Positions 37,150-50,227 of a stretch of DNA of 64,000 bases are shown in pieces. Position numbers and translations under genes: made by a program. How positions within the stretch are numbered: the stretch's first letter is position 1; each line of letters starts with the position of its first letter. The notes beneath the pieces were generated by a model. It was given only the letters and a program-made list of their open reading frames with translations, was not told the origin of the DNA and searched no databases. Source of the stretch: Gordius albopunctatus (lineage: Eukaryota); NCBI GenBank assembly GCA_964276515.1, contig OZ193909.1:124001-188000 (forward strand), in the 5' to 3' direction.

Positions 37150-38254
37150 TCGAATTGTTAAAATTTTTTTTACTTTTAGAGAAAGAAAACATTTTAAAAG
37201 ATATAAACATGAAATTAGCATTTAAGATAGCATTGCATTGCTATGAAAATTTAATTATATTAAATATATGTATTTTAAATATGATGAACTTTCCTAAAAT
37301 TGTAATTATTTATTACTTGATTAAATTAATATTAAATTTATTGTTAAAAGACTCTAAATCTCTGAGGATATTACTTATAAAACATACACGTTAATAAAGT
37401 TTAAAGATAACAATTTAAAAGATATAAACATGAAATTAGCATTTAAGATAGCATTACATTGCTATGAAAATTTAATTATATTAAATATATGGATTTTAAA
37501 TATGATGAACTTTCCTAAAATTGTAATTATTTATTGCTTGATTAAATTAATATTAAATTTATTGTTAAAAGACTCTAAATCTCTGAGGAAACATACACTT
37601 TAATAAAGTTTAGAGATAACAATTTAAAAGATATAAACATGAAATTAGCATTTAAGATAGCAATGCATTGCTATGAAAATATGGATTTTAAATATGATGA
37701 ACTTACCTTATCCTGTCACATATCACAAACGTGGGGATGTGTAATTATATTAAATATATGGATTCCTGTCACAGATCATAAACGTGGGAATGTGCACATA
37801 TTACTTTAATTATATTAAATATATGGATTCCTGTCACAGATCACAAACGTGGGAATGTTTATAAAAGCGCGCGTTATATTTATTTAAGTATATGGTGATG
37901 TATTACGGTATCTAGAATATTTATTTGTTACAAATTTATATATTGTAAAAAACGGGCGTAGTTGAGTAAAAAATTGAGACAAATAAGATAAAGCAATAGT
38001 GGAAAAAAGTTTAAGGTAATTGGTAGCACCATAACGATAAATAAGTACAAAAAATGTAGTATGAACAATCCGGTAGATGGCGGTATAGACTACCAAAAAA
38101 CATGGTTCCCGCTCTCGCAGGTTGATAAAAAGTATCTATAAACCTTCTACAATGCTAAGGCAATAATCTGGCCAAATTTGGTGGCAATCGGTTGAGAACT
38201 CTAAAAGTTATTAGCGTTCAAAAAAGGGACTTAGATTTTTATATATATAGAAGA
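37150..38254 (-). mobile_element. Non-autonomous Helitron-like element with internal tandem repeats
   Basis: Minus-strand 5' end a-TCTTCTATATATATAAAAAT at 38254. Internal tandem arrays. No 3' CTRR end was found. Confidence 0.55.
37193..37860. repeat. Two tandem arrays
   Basis: A unit of about 210-220 bp starting tttaaaagatataaacatgaaattagc at about 37193, 37414 and 37623 (third partial), then cctgtcacagatcacaaacgtgggaatg three times (about 37712, 37765, 37830). Confidence 0.9.
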
Positions 38255-39371
38255 TAATTGATAGTGAATAATAGGTGATTTGAATTAAATTTATTCTTCT
38301 TTGATTAACTAAATTTTATAATATTGTATCACTAAAACATATTATTTAATAGATTGTTGTAAAGAAATAAAAATGAATCGTTTTTTAAAGTTCCAATAGC
38401 TACCATTTTCTATCTGTAAATGTCTATTTATATAAAGTGGAAATAAAACTGTACAAATTTTAGTAAAAAATGATTGTAGACGGGGAGGAGGGAGTTTGAA
38501 AACGATTTTTATATATTTAGATCTGGTGGGTTCATCACTTTTAAAGCCAATTTTAAGTCGCTTTACGTTGGAAGGTTGGCGAAAATAAAATTAGTTATGC
38601 TATCCACAAAGTATCGAAGAAGGATAAAGACCCAACCGTGTAATTGTAATGCGGTAATAGAAAATAAAGAAGCTTCATAATAAACGCTTCATAATAAACC
38701 CCTCTTTGAAATTTTACCCTAATTAGAAATAGGGATGGAGCTATGAGGGAGTATTGGATCTTCCCAATAATAAACTTGAAAATCGATCGTCCTAGGTTTA
38801 TATTACTAGTTTTAAGTAGCCTTGGTGCAATCGACGCCTTGTTTTGATTCCAATCATAGAAACCTATTTTAATTTTAAAACAAATAGGCACATCATATTT
38901 ACGTTAAAATTAGAAAAATAGTCAAACAAAATTTGGAGAACGTAAAATAGATGTTCCCCAAATAAAAAAGTATGAATAAGTTTAAATAAAAACGGGGTCA
39001 TTTGACATTTAGTATCCATATGAATGCTTTTAAAAGAATATCATTTAAATTATTATTATAGTTTGCATTGCACTTTTTCATATTGAAAAGTATCTCTAAA
39101 ACTTAATCAATTATTATTTTATTAAGAGCCACATTTTTTAATTTTATGAAAAGTTTTGAGAAAATTTCAAAAAGATACAGCAATTTTTTTGTAATAATTT
39201 GCAATATGAATGGAGAAAATTTGACAAGTCGTTCGTTACTATCACAAACACAAACCGTGCATGCCTTTAATATACATTAGATGGAGTTGTTTCTAAATAT
39301 TAAAATATTGATAATATTTTAGTGGGCACTGCTTTTTTGCTTATTTTTTATTATTAGTTAGAAGTTAACAT

Positions 39372-39690
39372 TAGAGCCATGCACGGGCGGTCCGGTCAGG
39401 CCGGGCCAAAGATTTGAACGGACCTCGGGGATGGGTCGGGCCTGATGGGTCGAAGCAAAATCTAGCTAAAAGAATTTTACATTTTTTTTACTAATTCCTT
39501 TATTGAGTAGGCTATTTAGAGGAGGCAAAACATTTTTAATGTTAAATGAAAGGTGCGGGTGGGTATCCTCAATACGTTTTTCTAATTTAAAAACCTCGAG
39601 TCAGGCTTGGGTCGGGCCTGAGTAAAAAAATTTGGGTCTAGGGTCGGGGTCGGGCAAAACAAAAAGTGTCGAGATCAGGCCTAGCGATTC
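39372..39690. mobile_element. Decayed hAT-like MITE related to 47565-48339
   Basis: Starts tagagccatgcacgggc and carries repeated tcgggcc / cgggc motifs. Confidence 0.5.
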
Positions 39691-40311
39691 CATTTTGCAA
39701 GGTAGGTACAATATATTTTAGAAATAAATAATAATTGTGTAGTAGTGAAAAGTTTATTTAAATAATATTTTAGCCCATGTGAGAAGTAGTGCAAATGTGT
39801 AAAATTATTTAAAAAATTTGAAAATATAAAATATGATAAGATTGAGCTGATAATAATTAATTATTAATTACTATATATGTAATTATCAGCCGGGGGGGGA
39901 CAAAGGATAAAAAAGGAAATAAACTTAACTAAAATGATGTCATGATATGCAACCGAACGATTCATAAAATTATAGGTCGCAATTTGGTTAAGCCTTCCCT
40001 TCCAAAAGACTACGTTACAATATGATATGATGTGATATTAGGCACACGTGCATTTTCAACATTCATAAAATAGAATTGTCGAAAGGGATAATATTAATTG
40101 CATGTAAAAATGGTTTTCACATCATAATTTTGCTTCCTATTTCAATACAAACAAATATCCCAAGGGGTTAGTGTTTAAATAATGATCAATGCAAAAGATG
40201 GGGGGAAAGTGTGTAAAACAAAAGATTATGGTATAACATAATGTAACCACAGTGGTGGATGTTGTTGAAGAGTGTAATATTTGCCCGATGCTAGAGGGGC
40301 TGCTTGCTCCA

Positions 40312-43198
40312 TCACCCACGTGATTTGTGTGGGTGGGGGGTCACCTTTTCCGGATTTGACAATACAATGGCTATACCCTGTCCTCCCCCGATGCAAGCCG
40401 ATCCAACCGCATACTTCAACCCTTTCAATCTGTCATATCATCATCATCCTCATAATAAATGATGATGATGGGTATGAATGAATGAATGAGTATCTACGAA
40501 ATACCTTAGTTGATGGGTGAGATGAGCCATAATTCTGGAGCCGGAAGCAGCCAAGGGATGACCAATCGCTATGGCTCCCCCGTTAACGTTGGTCTTTGCC
40601 GGGTCCAGGCCCAGTTCTTTTTCAACCGCCAAGCACTGAGACGCGAAGGCTTCGTTCACCTTGAGGCACATTCAATCAAACATAAGGTACGTTTATCTTA
40701 TGACGACCACAAAATATGAATAATTTGCCTAAAATAGACGACTTGCCTCCACCAAGTCCATATCTTTGAGAGTTAGATTCGCTTTGCGCAGGGCCTCACG
40801 TATAGCTTCTACTGGTCCTATCCCCATGATCGAGGGGTCACAACCTAATTTGAAATTATTCAAGTAGATCCAGTTCAAGGATTAATAAGAACGACAACAA
40901 AAGTATGGAAAATAAAGATATAATACATAGCACCACCAAAGCGGGTGCTTTAATATTTGTGGTGTGAGATATGCAATTGGGGGACCTGTTACGTGGTAGG
41001 ATAGTATTTGAGCCAGCGGTTTGTATTTCTTTTTTTCACACATTTTCCCATCCGCTATTATAATGGCGCCAGCCCCATCACAGATACCCTATGATGGATG
41101 ATGAGAGAGAAGTAGGAATAGATTGAGATCAAACTATTTAGTGCGCTAAACTGATATATGTAAACATTTTATTTTGAGGCAAAAATGGAGGGAGGATGCA
41201 CATCATTTACCGATGCGTTGCCGGCGGTGACGGTGCCATTCTTTTTGAAGAGGGTAGGCAGTTTTTCCAACCCTTCCACCGTAGTTTGGGGTCTGGGATG
41301 CTCATCGGCTAACATTTTTTCCCATTTGCCCCCTTTACCTTCTATCGCGATGGGAGCCATTTCCTCATTAAATAGTCCTGCTGCCTGGGCTGCATTCAAA
41401 ATAACATGAAAGAGTGATGTACGTGTGCATGACTACCTCCCTCATATAATTATGGTAATAAGTTTTAAAAAAATGATTTTGGGTCTCCCTGAGTCATTCA
41501 TTTCTAAATCCAATTCTGGCTAGCCCCATGTACCCGTGTAAAACTTGAGCTATAAGCGGCTAACCCACAAGCAAAAGTTAATTTTTATCGAAATTATATT
41601 AAAGGATAATCAAAAAAATGTACTCGTGTATACGTAAAAATATCTTTTACGTCCCAACAATTTAGATTATTCGTTGGATGATAACATTTTTTACCAAAAA
41701 ACACATTATATTTTGGAAAATTGAATTTCTTGACAGGGAGTCAGGCAAAGTTCTTAGTCCGTCAAGCCCATATATCGCAGAAAGAAATGCATGCTTTCCC
41801 CACTTCACCACCGAAATGTAACACTTTTACATGTATTAGGAGGATAACATTTTTTGAAATGTAAACAAGGATTGTTTGTGATATTTAGGGTGGAAAAGGG
41901 TTTAACATCATTTTAAAATTTCAGACCGCCATCCGCTGCCTGCTCTATACTTGCCCAACCAAGAGATTGTAGTGTAGATATCATTCATCTATAAAGTGCC
42001 TTACTTACCATGTGCCCAACGTTGTTGAGATGTGAGTGCGTAAGCATTTGCTTGACTTTTGGTAATCCCATATTTATCAGCCAAATTTTCGGCCGTCATT
42101 GCCATGGCTGACTTCGCGTACGAATCGAATAAGCCTTGCCAAAGCGCGTCTTCAAACTAGATATATTAGTAGTAGGTATACATAAATTCTTTATTTCTCA
42201 GGATTAAAATAAAATTACGTTTAAAGAATTCAATAATGCATAATCAATCACTTGGGAATTTAAGGGGGTTGCAGGAACAAAATATTTAATGTCAACAATT
42301 AAAATTTAAACAACAGGTAATATGGTAGATAAGGGTAGTTGGTGAAAGCAAACAAAATAAGTGTCTTAATTCTTTGTCCCTTTAATTGGCACAAGGAGGG
42401 ATGTGTTAAATATGTTAAACAATCAAATGACTTATAAATTTTGAATTAAACAAATAATGTGATGTGTTACCTTAATGTCATTGCCAAGTTTAGTCCCAAA
42501 TCTAATGTCTCTAACAACGTAAGGACTTTGACTCATGTTTTCACTACCTGCACATAATACTACATTGGCATCCCCTGACACAATTTCCTTTTTATATAAT
42601 AATTATTGAGATATAATATTTTAGCTATTAACCAGTTATTATAATAATAATAATATAGGAGTTACAATCAAAATAATGTAAATATATTCATGTGTTCAAA
42701 CTTAAAATATGTTAAGAGAGCCCATCTAACAATCATCATAGTCTTTAAAATCATAAGTACCTGGCAACCATTTATAATAGATTGAAAACCAGATCCACAC
42801 AATCTATTTATAGTCAAGGCAGGAGTGGATTGGGGAACCCCAATTTTAAGGCCAACATGTCTTGATATATATATTGAATCCGTGGATGCCTAATAAATGA
42901 TATGAGAAGCAAAATCATTAAATAATTATAGTTTCAATGAACATTTATAAAAACTCATATTATGCAAAAAACTCACATGAATCACATTTCCTACTACAAC
43001 AGAATTTATATCTCCTGGTTTAACTTCATTAATATTGTTTTTCAATGCAGCATTTGAAGCAATCTTGCATAGCTCTGTAGGCGAAATCGCTTTCAAAGTA
43101 CCTCCATAAGTACCAAAGGGAGTTCGTTTTGCAGCAACAATAAAGATTTCTAAGGCATATAAGAATAATAAAATTTTGTTACCTTTGGCTATAGTCAT
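40312..43198 (-). CDS. ACAA2: Mitochondrial 3-ketoacyl-CoA thiolase (ACAA2 / yip2 type), 10 exons
   Basis: Exons 43198-43183, 43149-42977, 42889-42761, 42587-42471, 42156-42009, 41389-41211, 41088-40986, 40844-40747, 40659-40505, 40429-40312. Motifs [20 protein letters not shown] (catalytic Cys), [45 protein letters not shown] (His), SACIGGGQG (second Cys). Confidence 0.95.
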
Positions 43199-44029
43199 TT
43201 ATTAAAGGTATTTTAAGTCAGCTGTTGGTATTTTAAGAAATCCGAGTCAACTGGGAAACATACAACTGAGAAATTAAGGGTTAACGATGGATGGATGTCG
43301 TACATATGATTATAAAATTAAATTTGCTAATATTATAACTTATAAAATGAGTTAAAATGTAAAAGGTTACAAATAGCACATAACTACTTAAATAAGATAC
43401 AAGAATATGATAGATTATTTTATATTGGAGTATAAATTGATAATATTGTATTTTTCTTTATAGGTAAGAGTCGCACAATATATATTAATCTAATAATAAT
43501 AAAAAATTGGATATTAGACTGTAAATTTAAACGTTGAAGTGATGTTAATAAAGGCCCAAGCTATTTTTATTTATTAATTCTTATATTTAACTTTGTACAC
43601 ACCATGTATCCTAAAAAAAGAAGTATAACTGCCTTACTGTTTCCTTATTAAATTATTCGCAGTGCATTTAACGTTATCTCTACATTATAAATAGAAACTT
43701 AATATGAATTTACGGTTTTTTTAATTTAAAGCTTAATCTTAAAATTAAGGAAAGAATTGGGTATTAAAATAGAAGCCATTATAGACTTAGTCTAAAACCT
43801 TGGGTAAGAGATCCACCATCTAAATAACATAAATGATGGATATTTAAGAAGATTTTTACCCTCATAATTAATGTTATTTATATAATTATGGAGTTAATTA
43901 TATGGAAAACATTTAGTGTTGCATCTAAGGTATGGATTGATAACCAAAAAACCATACTTAATTATTAAATAGGGAGTTAGTTTTATTTAAAACAACTATT
44001 TTAATAAATAATTTAAAAAATAACAGTTT

Positions 44030-44260
44030 ATAACCGTAAAAATCTATATTAACATGACAATAACACTTTGGTAAGTATTACAAATCGTAAACCTTAATAC
44101 TTATATAATCCTATAAATATTATATACATTTTGGAAAATTTTAAAATAACAGTATCTAACCCTGAAAATCTATAAAAACATGACATTAACTTTTGGTAAG
44201 TATTACAAATCTTAAACTTAAATATTTATATAATCTTAATACAATAAACATTTTGGAAAA
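44030..44260. repeat. Imperfect tandem duplication of about 128 bp in AT-rich, probably transposon-derived DNA
   Basis: aaaatctat...aacatgaca...tttggtaagtattacaaatc...tatataatc occurs twice, with a partial third copy near 44430. Confidence 0.65.
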
Positions 44261-46729
44261 TAATTTTATTTTAGTTGTTGTTATAATACGTGATACAGAG
44301 TTACAAACATATCTTATAATAATGTATTTGAAAATTACCAAATAGTAGAAATAATCTTGGATATTGGGATAATTTTTGATATTTAAAGAATTATAGTTTT
44401 AAAGTGCAGCAAAAATTGTTTAACATTATGATAAGTATTACAAATCTATTGATATTTAAAGAATTATAGTTTTTGAAATATTTTTATAAACTAACTTTAA
44501 TTCAAATTAAGACTTTAGAAATTAATGTACCAAATGAAAAGCATAAAGAAACGAGGTTATTAGATATGCTATCATATTTGAAATATTTTAATAAATCAGG
44601 TTGAAATCTTAAAAAGGTGCATTTGAATAAATTTTAATACTAAACTTATAGTATAAATATTTATCAATAGAAAAACGTGGCTCATCATTTTGTTACCTAA
44701 ATTTATAATTTAATTAAATTCACAATGTTTTAATAACAAATTAGTTCGCTATAAATCAGTAATATAATGTATTTTCTCTGTCTCGTAAATGTTATAAACA
44801 CTCGGGATTCCTACCATCGTTACTTAATTTATCGTGTTTAATTAATATTGCAATATTTTGTATCGTTAATAAAACTTTTGAAAGATGCATAATTTTTACT
44901 TAAGATTAAATTTTAAGGAACCGTTTTCTATATTCTGTTAATCTTAATTTACATGGCTTTAAAGACCAAGACAAATGCATGAAATAGCACAATACCATAT
45001 ATATATTTGTTGGTGCTTGGGGATTTTAAATCTTTTGATTGCTTACATCGCAAAATTTACATTATTATTAATTTTATATAAATTTTGCCTATAAATGTTT
45101 TAAAATAAATTCCATATTAAAAAATATCTTATTGACCCTTTATCAATATATAAAAAGCAAATATTGCATCAAGATAACAGATTATCTAAAAAATAATTGA
45201 CGGGTCATTTTTTTCTAAAAGAAAGCTCATATAAATTGGTAATAATTTTATCTAATATTTAGCGAATGGGTAAGAAATTATCAACACTAGTTGCCAATTA
45301 TATAAATGATTATGATTTACTAATAGTAACTAAGGAAAAGCCTTTAACACCCTAAATTGATTTTTTACCAAATTTATTGTTAAATATCTTGTGAGGCTCG
45401 TACGTTATATATGTTTAAAATTAGTTTCATATAACTTTTTGATACTATTAATAAAGAGATAACTAGATTATTTGTTAGCAATTAGAGTACGAAAGCTGTA
45501 GATTCGAAAGAAGGAAAAAGGGACTAGTTTAAGTGTATGGGTCTAATTTGTCTAATAAACAATGTTATAAAAGCCCATTTATGATTTTGTTATTTTTTGG
45601 TATCGAAAAGGAAAGATTTACCCCTTTCAAAATAATTGTGAGATAAATCATGTTTTTATGACAATATATTGTGTAAATAAATTCGATCTTGTGCCGTTGA
45701 GGTTAGAGTCAAAAATATAGATTTAGCTAGGCTAAGTCAATATTTTTATAAATAAACCTATTTGGGAATAACAATTATTCGCAAGGGCACTTATTTACGT
45801 TATATTTATTCGAAACAATATCAGTTTAGATGTTTGATTTATATTTTGTGAAAAACCCATCTGAAATTGAATTATGATATTCCACCACTCCACCCTGTCA
45901 GCCCCAGCTTCAAAAAAGTGACAAATTTATTATTTAAAGAAGGTTTCGTAAACTTTGCTTTATGATCATCTGCTATATATGAAATCGATCAATATTAAAT
46001 ATTTATTGAAGAACATTATTGTACATAGGTTAAAATTATACGCAATTTATTTGTGAGATGTCATTAAAAAAGATTCAACTTTGAGCTAAGTTAAAGAAGG
46101 TATAGGGAAGAAGACATGGACAGTATTGGATATAGAGGGGGCAATAATGTTTTGGGTATTTCAGCCATAATTATATTAAATTTTAATTTTGAATTTAGCT
46201 GGCGCCCATGGAAGGAGATCTTATAGTATAGAAGAGGGACTAATAAGAAGATCCTGGTAATGTTGTTTTGAAAAACGCGATAATTAAATTAAGCTTCTTC
46301 TTAGAAGTAAGAATCCCTTATTTCCCCTAAAAATTTGCAGCTCAATATTATTGCTTCATTAGATAAAGATTCTTTAAATTTAAATAAATTACATAAACAT
46401 TTTATCAAAAATCATTCTTATTTTATAAGATATTATAAAACATTTTATAAGAAAGTTATGTGCAGAGAAGCAAAAAAATGTGAACCTGCTAACTTTTTTT
46501 TATTTTCCAAACTTTACTTAATGACTATGCGACTTTGAGTTTCTATAATATTATTTCGTAATAAAATCTGAAATTTTGTATACTTATTTTGTACAAACTT
46601 TCTTATTTATATTAGGCCTAAAAACTTGTTTTCTAATTATCTTCGCTTTTATAACCTTTATAAATTATTTAGTTTGGAACAATTTTTTGTCTGATAACTT
46701 ATTTTATTTTATACTTCCCTAATATTATT

Positions 46730-47084
46730 ATCTTTATACTCTTCAAATTAACACATGTTTAAGCTTAAAATCTTTGAAATCTTATATATAAAAATGAAAC
46801 TATGTGTGTATGCCGCCACCAATTTTGGAAAACTACCACACCGATTTGGCTCGAAATTCCCCACACTCCTCCGCATGTTTTAAGATGTGCTCGAGCCAAA
46901 TCGGTGCAGTAGTTTTCGAGTATTCGTACGCGTTGCACTGTATACCAAAATAGAACAATAGAAGTAGAACATATAGACGACATCAAACTTTATTTTTACT
47001 TCAATAGTATATATGCCCTAAAATTCCAACACAATTTAATACACCCGGATAAATGGCAAAACAACGTTTGCCGGGTTCATCTAG
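46730..47084 (+). mobile_element. Non-autonomous Helitron (3' end defined)
   Basis: Hairpin ggcaaaacaacgtttgcc (47055-47072) followed by CTAG then T (47081-47085). Internal inverted repeat caccgatttggctcga / tcgagccaaatcggtg. 5' end approximate. Confidence 0.7.
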
Positions 47085-47564
47085 TATACATCATATTTAT
47101 GTTCAAGTCTTAAAACGCGACTATGTAAACTCAAAATAATATATAATCATCAAAACTATTAGGATAAGATTTAAAAATAATGATCAGAAATAAGGGTAAA
47201 ATTTTCAAAAGTATTCTACATTTTATTATAATAGTATTTTAAGGAATAATTAAACCTAAAATTAAAAAATGCGCATAAAAAATAGTAAAAGGGCTATGAA
47301 ATGGGTATTTTAAAATTTTGAAGTGATAATAATATTTTTTTACACTTTGCATTGAAAGAACCCTTTCCAATTTGTCTCAAAAAAGTTAAGGAATTTGGGG
47401 CGTCGTTGATATCCTAAGAAACTATTCATTGAAGCTGCACAAAAAATTGAATTGTTCCATATGTAAATCAGATTAAAAGATTGGAAAATCAAGATCACTA
47501 CATTATTCATCAGAATACCTTTCTTGAACTAAGGGTCTCAAAATGTGTGTGGGGCAATGTAGAT

Positions 47565-48339
47565 TAGAGATCTGCACGGGCCGGCCCGGCCCGTGGATGG
47601 GCCTAAAAGCCCGGCCCACGGACGGGTACGGACGGGCTTTGTATCATAAAAATTTTAACGGGCCGGGCCCGGGCGGGCCTAAAAATTAATGGAACGGGCT
47701 CGTGCGGGCTTGAGATTTTTTTAACGGGCTTGAACGGGCCTGAAGTTTTATAAGTGGGCTTAAACGAACCAGAGATTATATAAAAGGTCTTGGAGTTACA
47801 AAGGTGCTTAAACATAAAACAATTAGAATAAACAAAAAGTCAATATTTAGATGAAACTATTGAGTTTGAGACAGATTTCGATCTGTTAAAATGGTGGAAA
47901 GCCAAAGAGGACAAGTATTATATTTAAAATTAATTTTATCCTTTAATAGATATCCTAAATTAGCACATTTAGCACATATGATATTATGTATACCGGCTAC
48001 GAGTGCCACCAGCGAGCGAAATTAAGAAAGGCGAACTCGCCTAAAACCAGAAATTGTTGATGATTAATTATTTTTACATGATAATTATTGATGTCTTTCT
48101 ATGAATATGTCAAAAAATTAAATAAAATTTTGTGAAATTTTTGATGAATTAGGAAGGACGCGGAGTTCGTTTAAAAAAATTTTTAACGGGCTCGGACGGG
48201 CCTGAAAAATTTACGGACGGGCTCGGACGGGCCTGAAGTGTTGAAAAAAAATTACGGGCGGGCCCGGACGGGCCTTGAAATTTTAAAAACGGGTACAGTG
48301 CGGGCCGACCTTCTAAAAACGGCCCGTTGCAGATCTCTA
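47565..48339 (+). mobile_element. Internally deleted hAT transposon retaining the C-terminal dimerization (hATC) stub
   Basis: TIRs tagagatctgca / tgcagatctcta, many acgggc repeats. Internal FDLLKWWKAKEDK-[GT-AG intron]-YPKLAHLAHMILCIPATSATSERN*ERRTRLKPEIVDD*LFLH. Confidence 0.9.
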
Positions 48340-49083
48340 ATAGAAATGCATACAAAACCGACACTTAATTTTAACAAACGCACCCAATTTAATTTATTTC
48401 CATGTTATATTTTTCGAAACTAGTAGATAGCAAGATTTTAATTCGATTAATGTCTTGGTTTGGCGGTGTCCAGTCCAGGATATAAACCTTATTAGTTTGC
48501 AAGATAATATATTAAATCAATAATCAGGTCAGGGGTTCGCTTTATTCTAGTAGCGCGTTTTTAATATTTTTTAGTCGTGTATGTAATTTTTTTATACCAT
48601 TTAAATAAATACATATTTCAGAGTAGTATTATAAATATATTATGAAACAACAATTTGATTTTATTCGAATCTTTAAATAAATTTGACAACAACCAACCAA
48701 CATGAAATAAATAATAAGATGAGCAATATAAATAATGATCAGGTGATGATGATCATGAGGTTGGTATACAAACAACGTCGTTTGCATACTATAAATATAT
48801 AATAAAGAGTCATAATAATGATTATGTTATGTGCGCGACATAAATGGATGGGTAGGGCGCTATTATTACAAGTAGTTTCCGTATGCTATTTTGTGCAAAG
48901 ATCAAGAATTTACCCTAACTCGGTGGATTTGGTAATGTGAGCATGTCTTGATAAAACACAGGTGAGGAATGATTTGATTCTGTTGCATTGAAACAGATGA
49001 TTGGACACAGGACGACATTGTAAATGACATCAAACGACGAACGATACAGCAGGTACGTGGTTGAGTAAGGGGGTGATGCCATA

Positions 49084-49657
49084 TTACATCTGTTTGGCAG
49101 CAGATATTTTCTTTTTACAATAAGCTCTTAACTGAAGCAGCGTGCAAGATTTGACACAACACTCCTGATAGATTCCTCCTCCATTTTGCAATTCCGGATG
49201 CAGGGCACCTTTGGCATATATCACATCTTCAGAGTTGGTGGAATCATCTATATACGTGTTTAATTCAGCATCGTCTACAATGTTGAAATAAAAATATATT
49301 TATATATCTTTTATTCTTACATACATCATATATATAAATATATGTATGGGGGGGTTGCAAACTTGAATCGGGTAGGGATCTCTTGGATATTCCATCGTAA
49401 TAAACGCCTTCGCACACCAAATGCACAATGTTAGGCAAATGGTTACCACAATATCTTTCCTTTTTCAGTTTGAGCAATATTTTGAGGTCATTTATGGGAT
49501 TACTTGAAGCTATCACCTCTGCTCGTGTCATGGCTGGTAACCAGGTTACCCATATAAAGAAGATGATGCAGCAGGTGTACATTGGGCAATATGGACCCCG
49601 GAGACTGCCAATACTACCAGATCCACCACTCTTTTTGGGGTGTCGCGATGAACGCAT
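49084..49657 (-). CDS. Insulin/IGF/relaxin-family peptide precursor, 2 exons
   Basis: Exon 1 is 49657 (or Met at 49582) to 49363; exon 2 is 49274 (or 49247) to 49084. Hydrophobic signal MYTCCIIFFIWVTWLPAMTRA, B chain RYCGNHLPNIVHLVC (C-x11-C), KR, phase-1 intron early in the C peptide, A chain GIYQECCVKSCTLLQLRAYC (CC-x3-C-x8-C), tail KKKISAAKQM*. Confidence 0.93.
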
Positions 49658-49920
49658 GCTGGGAGATTATTTTGAGCGAGGGTTAAGTTATCCGGAAGGC
49701 GCGTGTATGTAGTGTGCAAAACAAACAATACACAGGTAGATGGGTGGCTATTAATAAAGGTCGCTATTGCCGACGGGAATTCGGGCAGCAAACTGCGTTT
49801 TCTCCTGATCACTTGTGTCGATGAGGAAATGTTTAGAGATGGAGTGTCTAAAATAAACAAGAGCCCAATATTTAGGATATGTTTGAGTGGGGTGCTGCTT
49901 TAAACGACCCCCAACATTTA

Positions 49921-49945
49921 TTTTATATATGACCTATAAAGGTCA
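49921..49945 (-). promoter_or_regulatory. Putative TATA box with an adjacent nuclear-receptor everted repeat upstream of the insulin-like gene
   Basis: Minus-strand TATATAAAA at 49929-49921 directly adjoins TGACCT-ataa-AGGTCA at 49930-49945, about 270 bp upstream of the first ATG. Confidence 0.4.
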
Positions 49946-50177
49946 CGCTATATGTATAGATTAAGAATCAATAAATTGTGTGGCCTTAGATTCGTTAAAA
50001 TATTCCTAATTTCAACAAAGGTGGAGAAGCAAATAATATTTAATGATGTAATGATTATATTATATATTAAAAGTCGTAATTTAGTGCGAAAAGATGAGTG
50101 GGTCCCTCCCTGGTGAGATTTGGCGCGTGTGTGGCCATCACTTGACCTATTCATCCTTAATTGTTCATAAGTGGGTA

Positions 50178-50227
50178 ACCCACACCCAGGCAGGCAGGCA
50201 GGCAGGCAGGCGGGCGGGCGGGCAGGA
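50178..50227. repeat. (CAGG)n / (CGGG)n microsatellite
   Basis: caggcaggcaggcaggcaggcaggcgggcgggcgggcagg. Similar tracts at about 3386-3405 and 19625-19646. Confidence 0.85.

Noticed and set aside
37193..37860. Repeat arrays as a CRISPR locus
   Set aside because: Eukaryotic context, the intervening sequences are themselves repeated, and no cas genes are present.
40312..40356. Thiolase C-terminal extension ending SRG as a peroxisomal PTS1
   Set aside because: PTS1 needs a terminal Leu or Met; SRG does not fit.
43600..45300. Possible decayed hAT transposase upstream of the thiolase
   Set aside because: Only faint fragments (for example KETRLLDML) and no TIRs; too weak to call.
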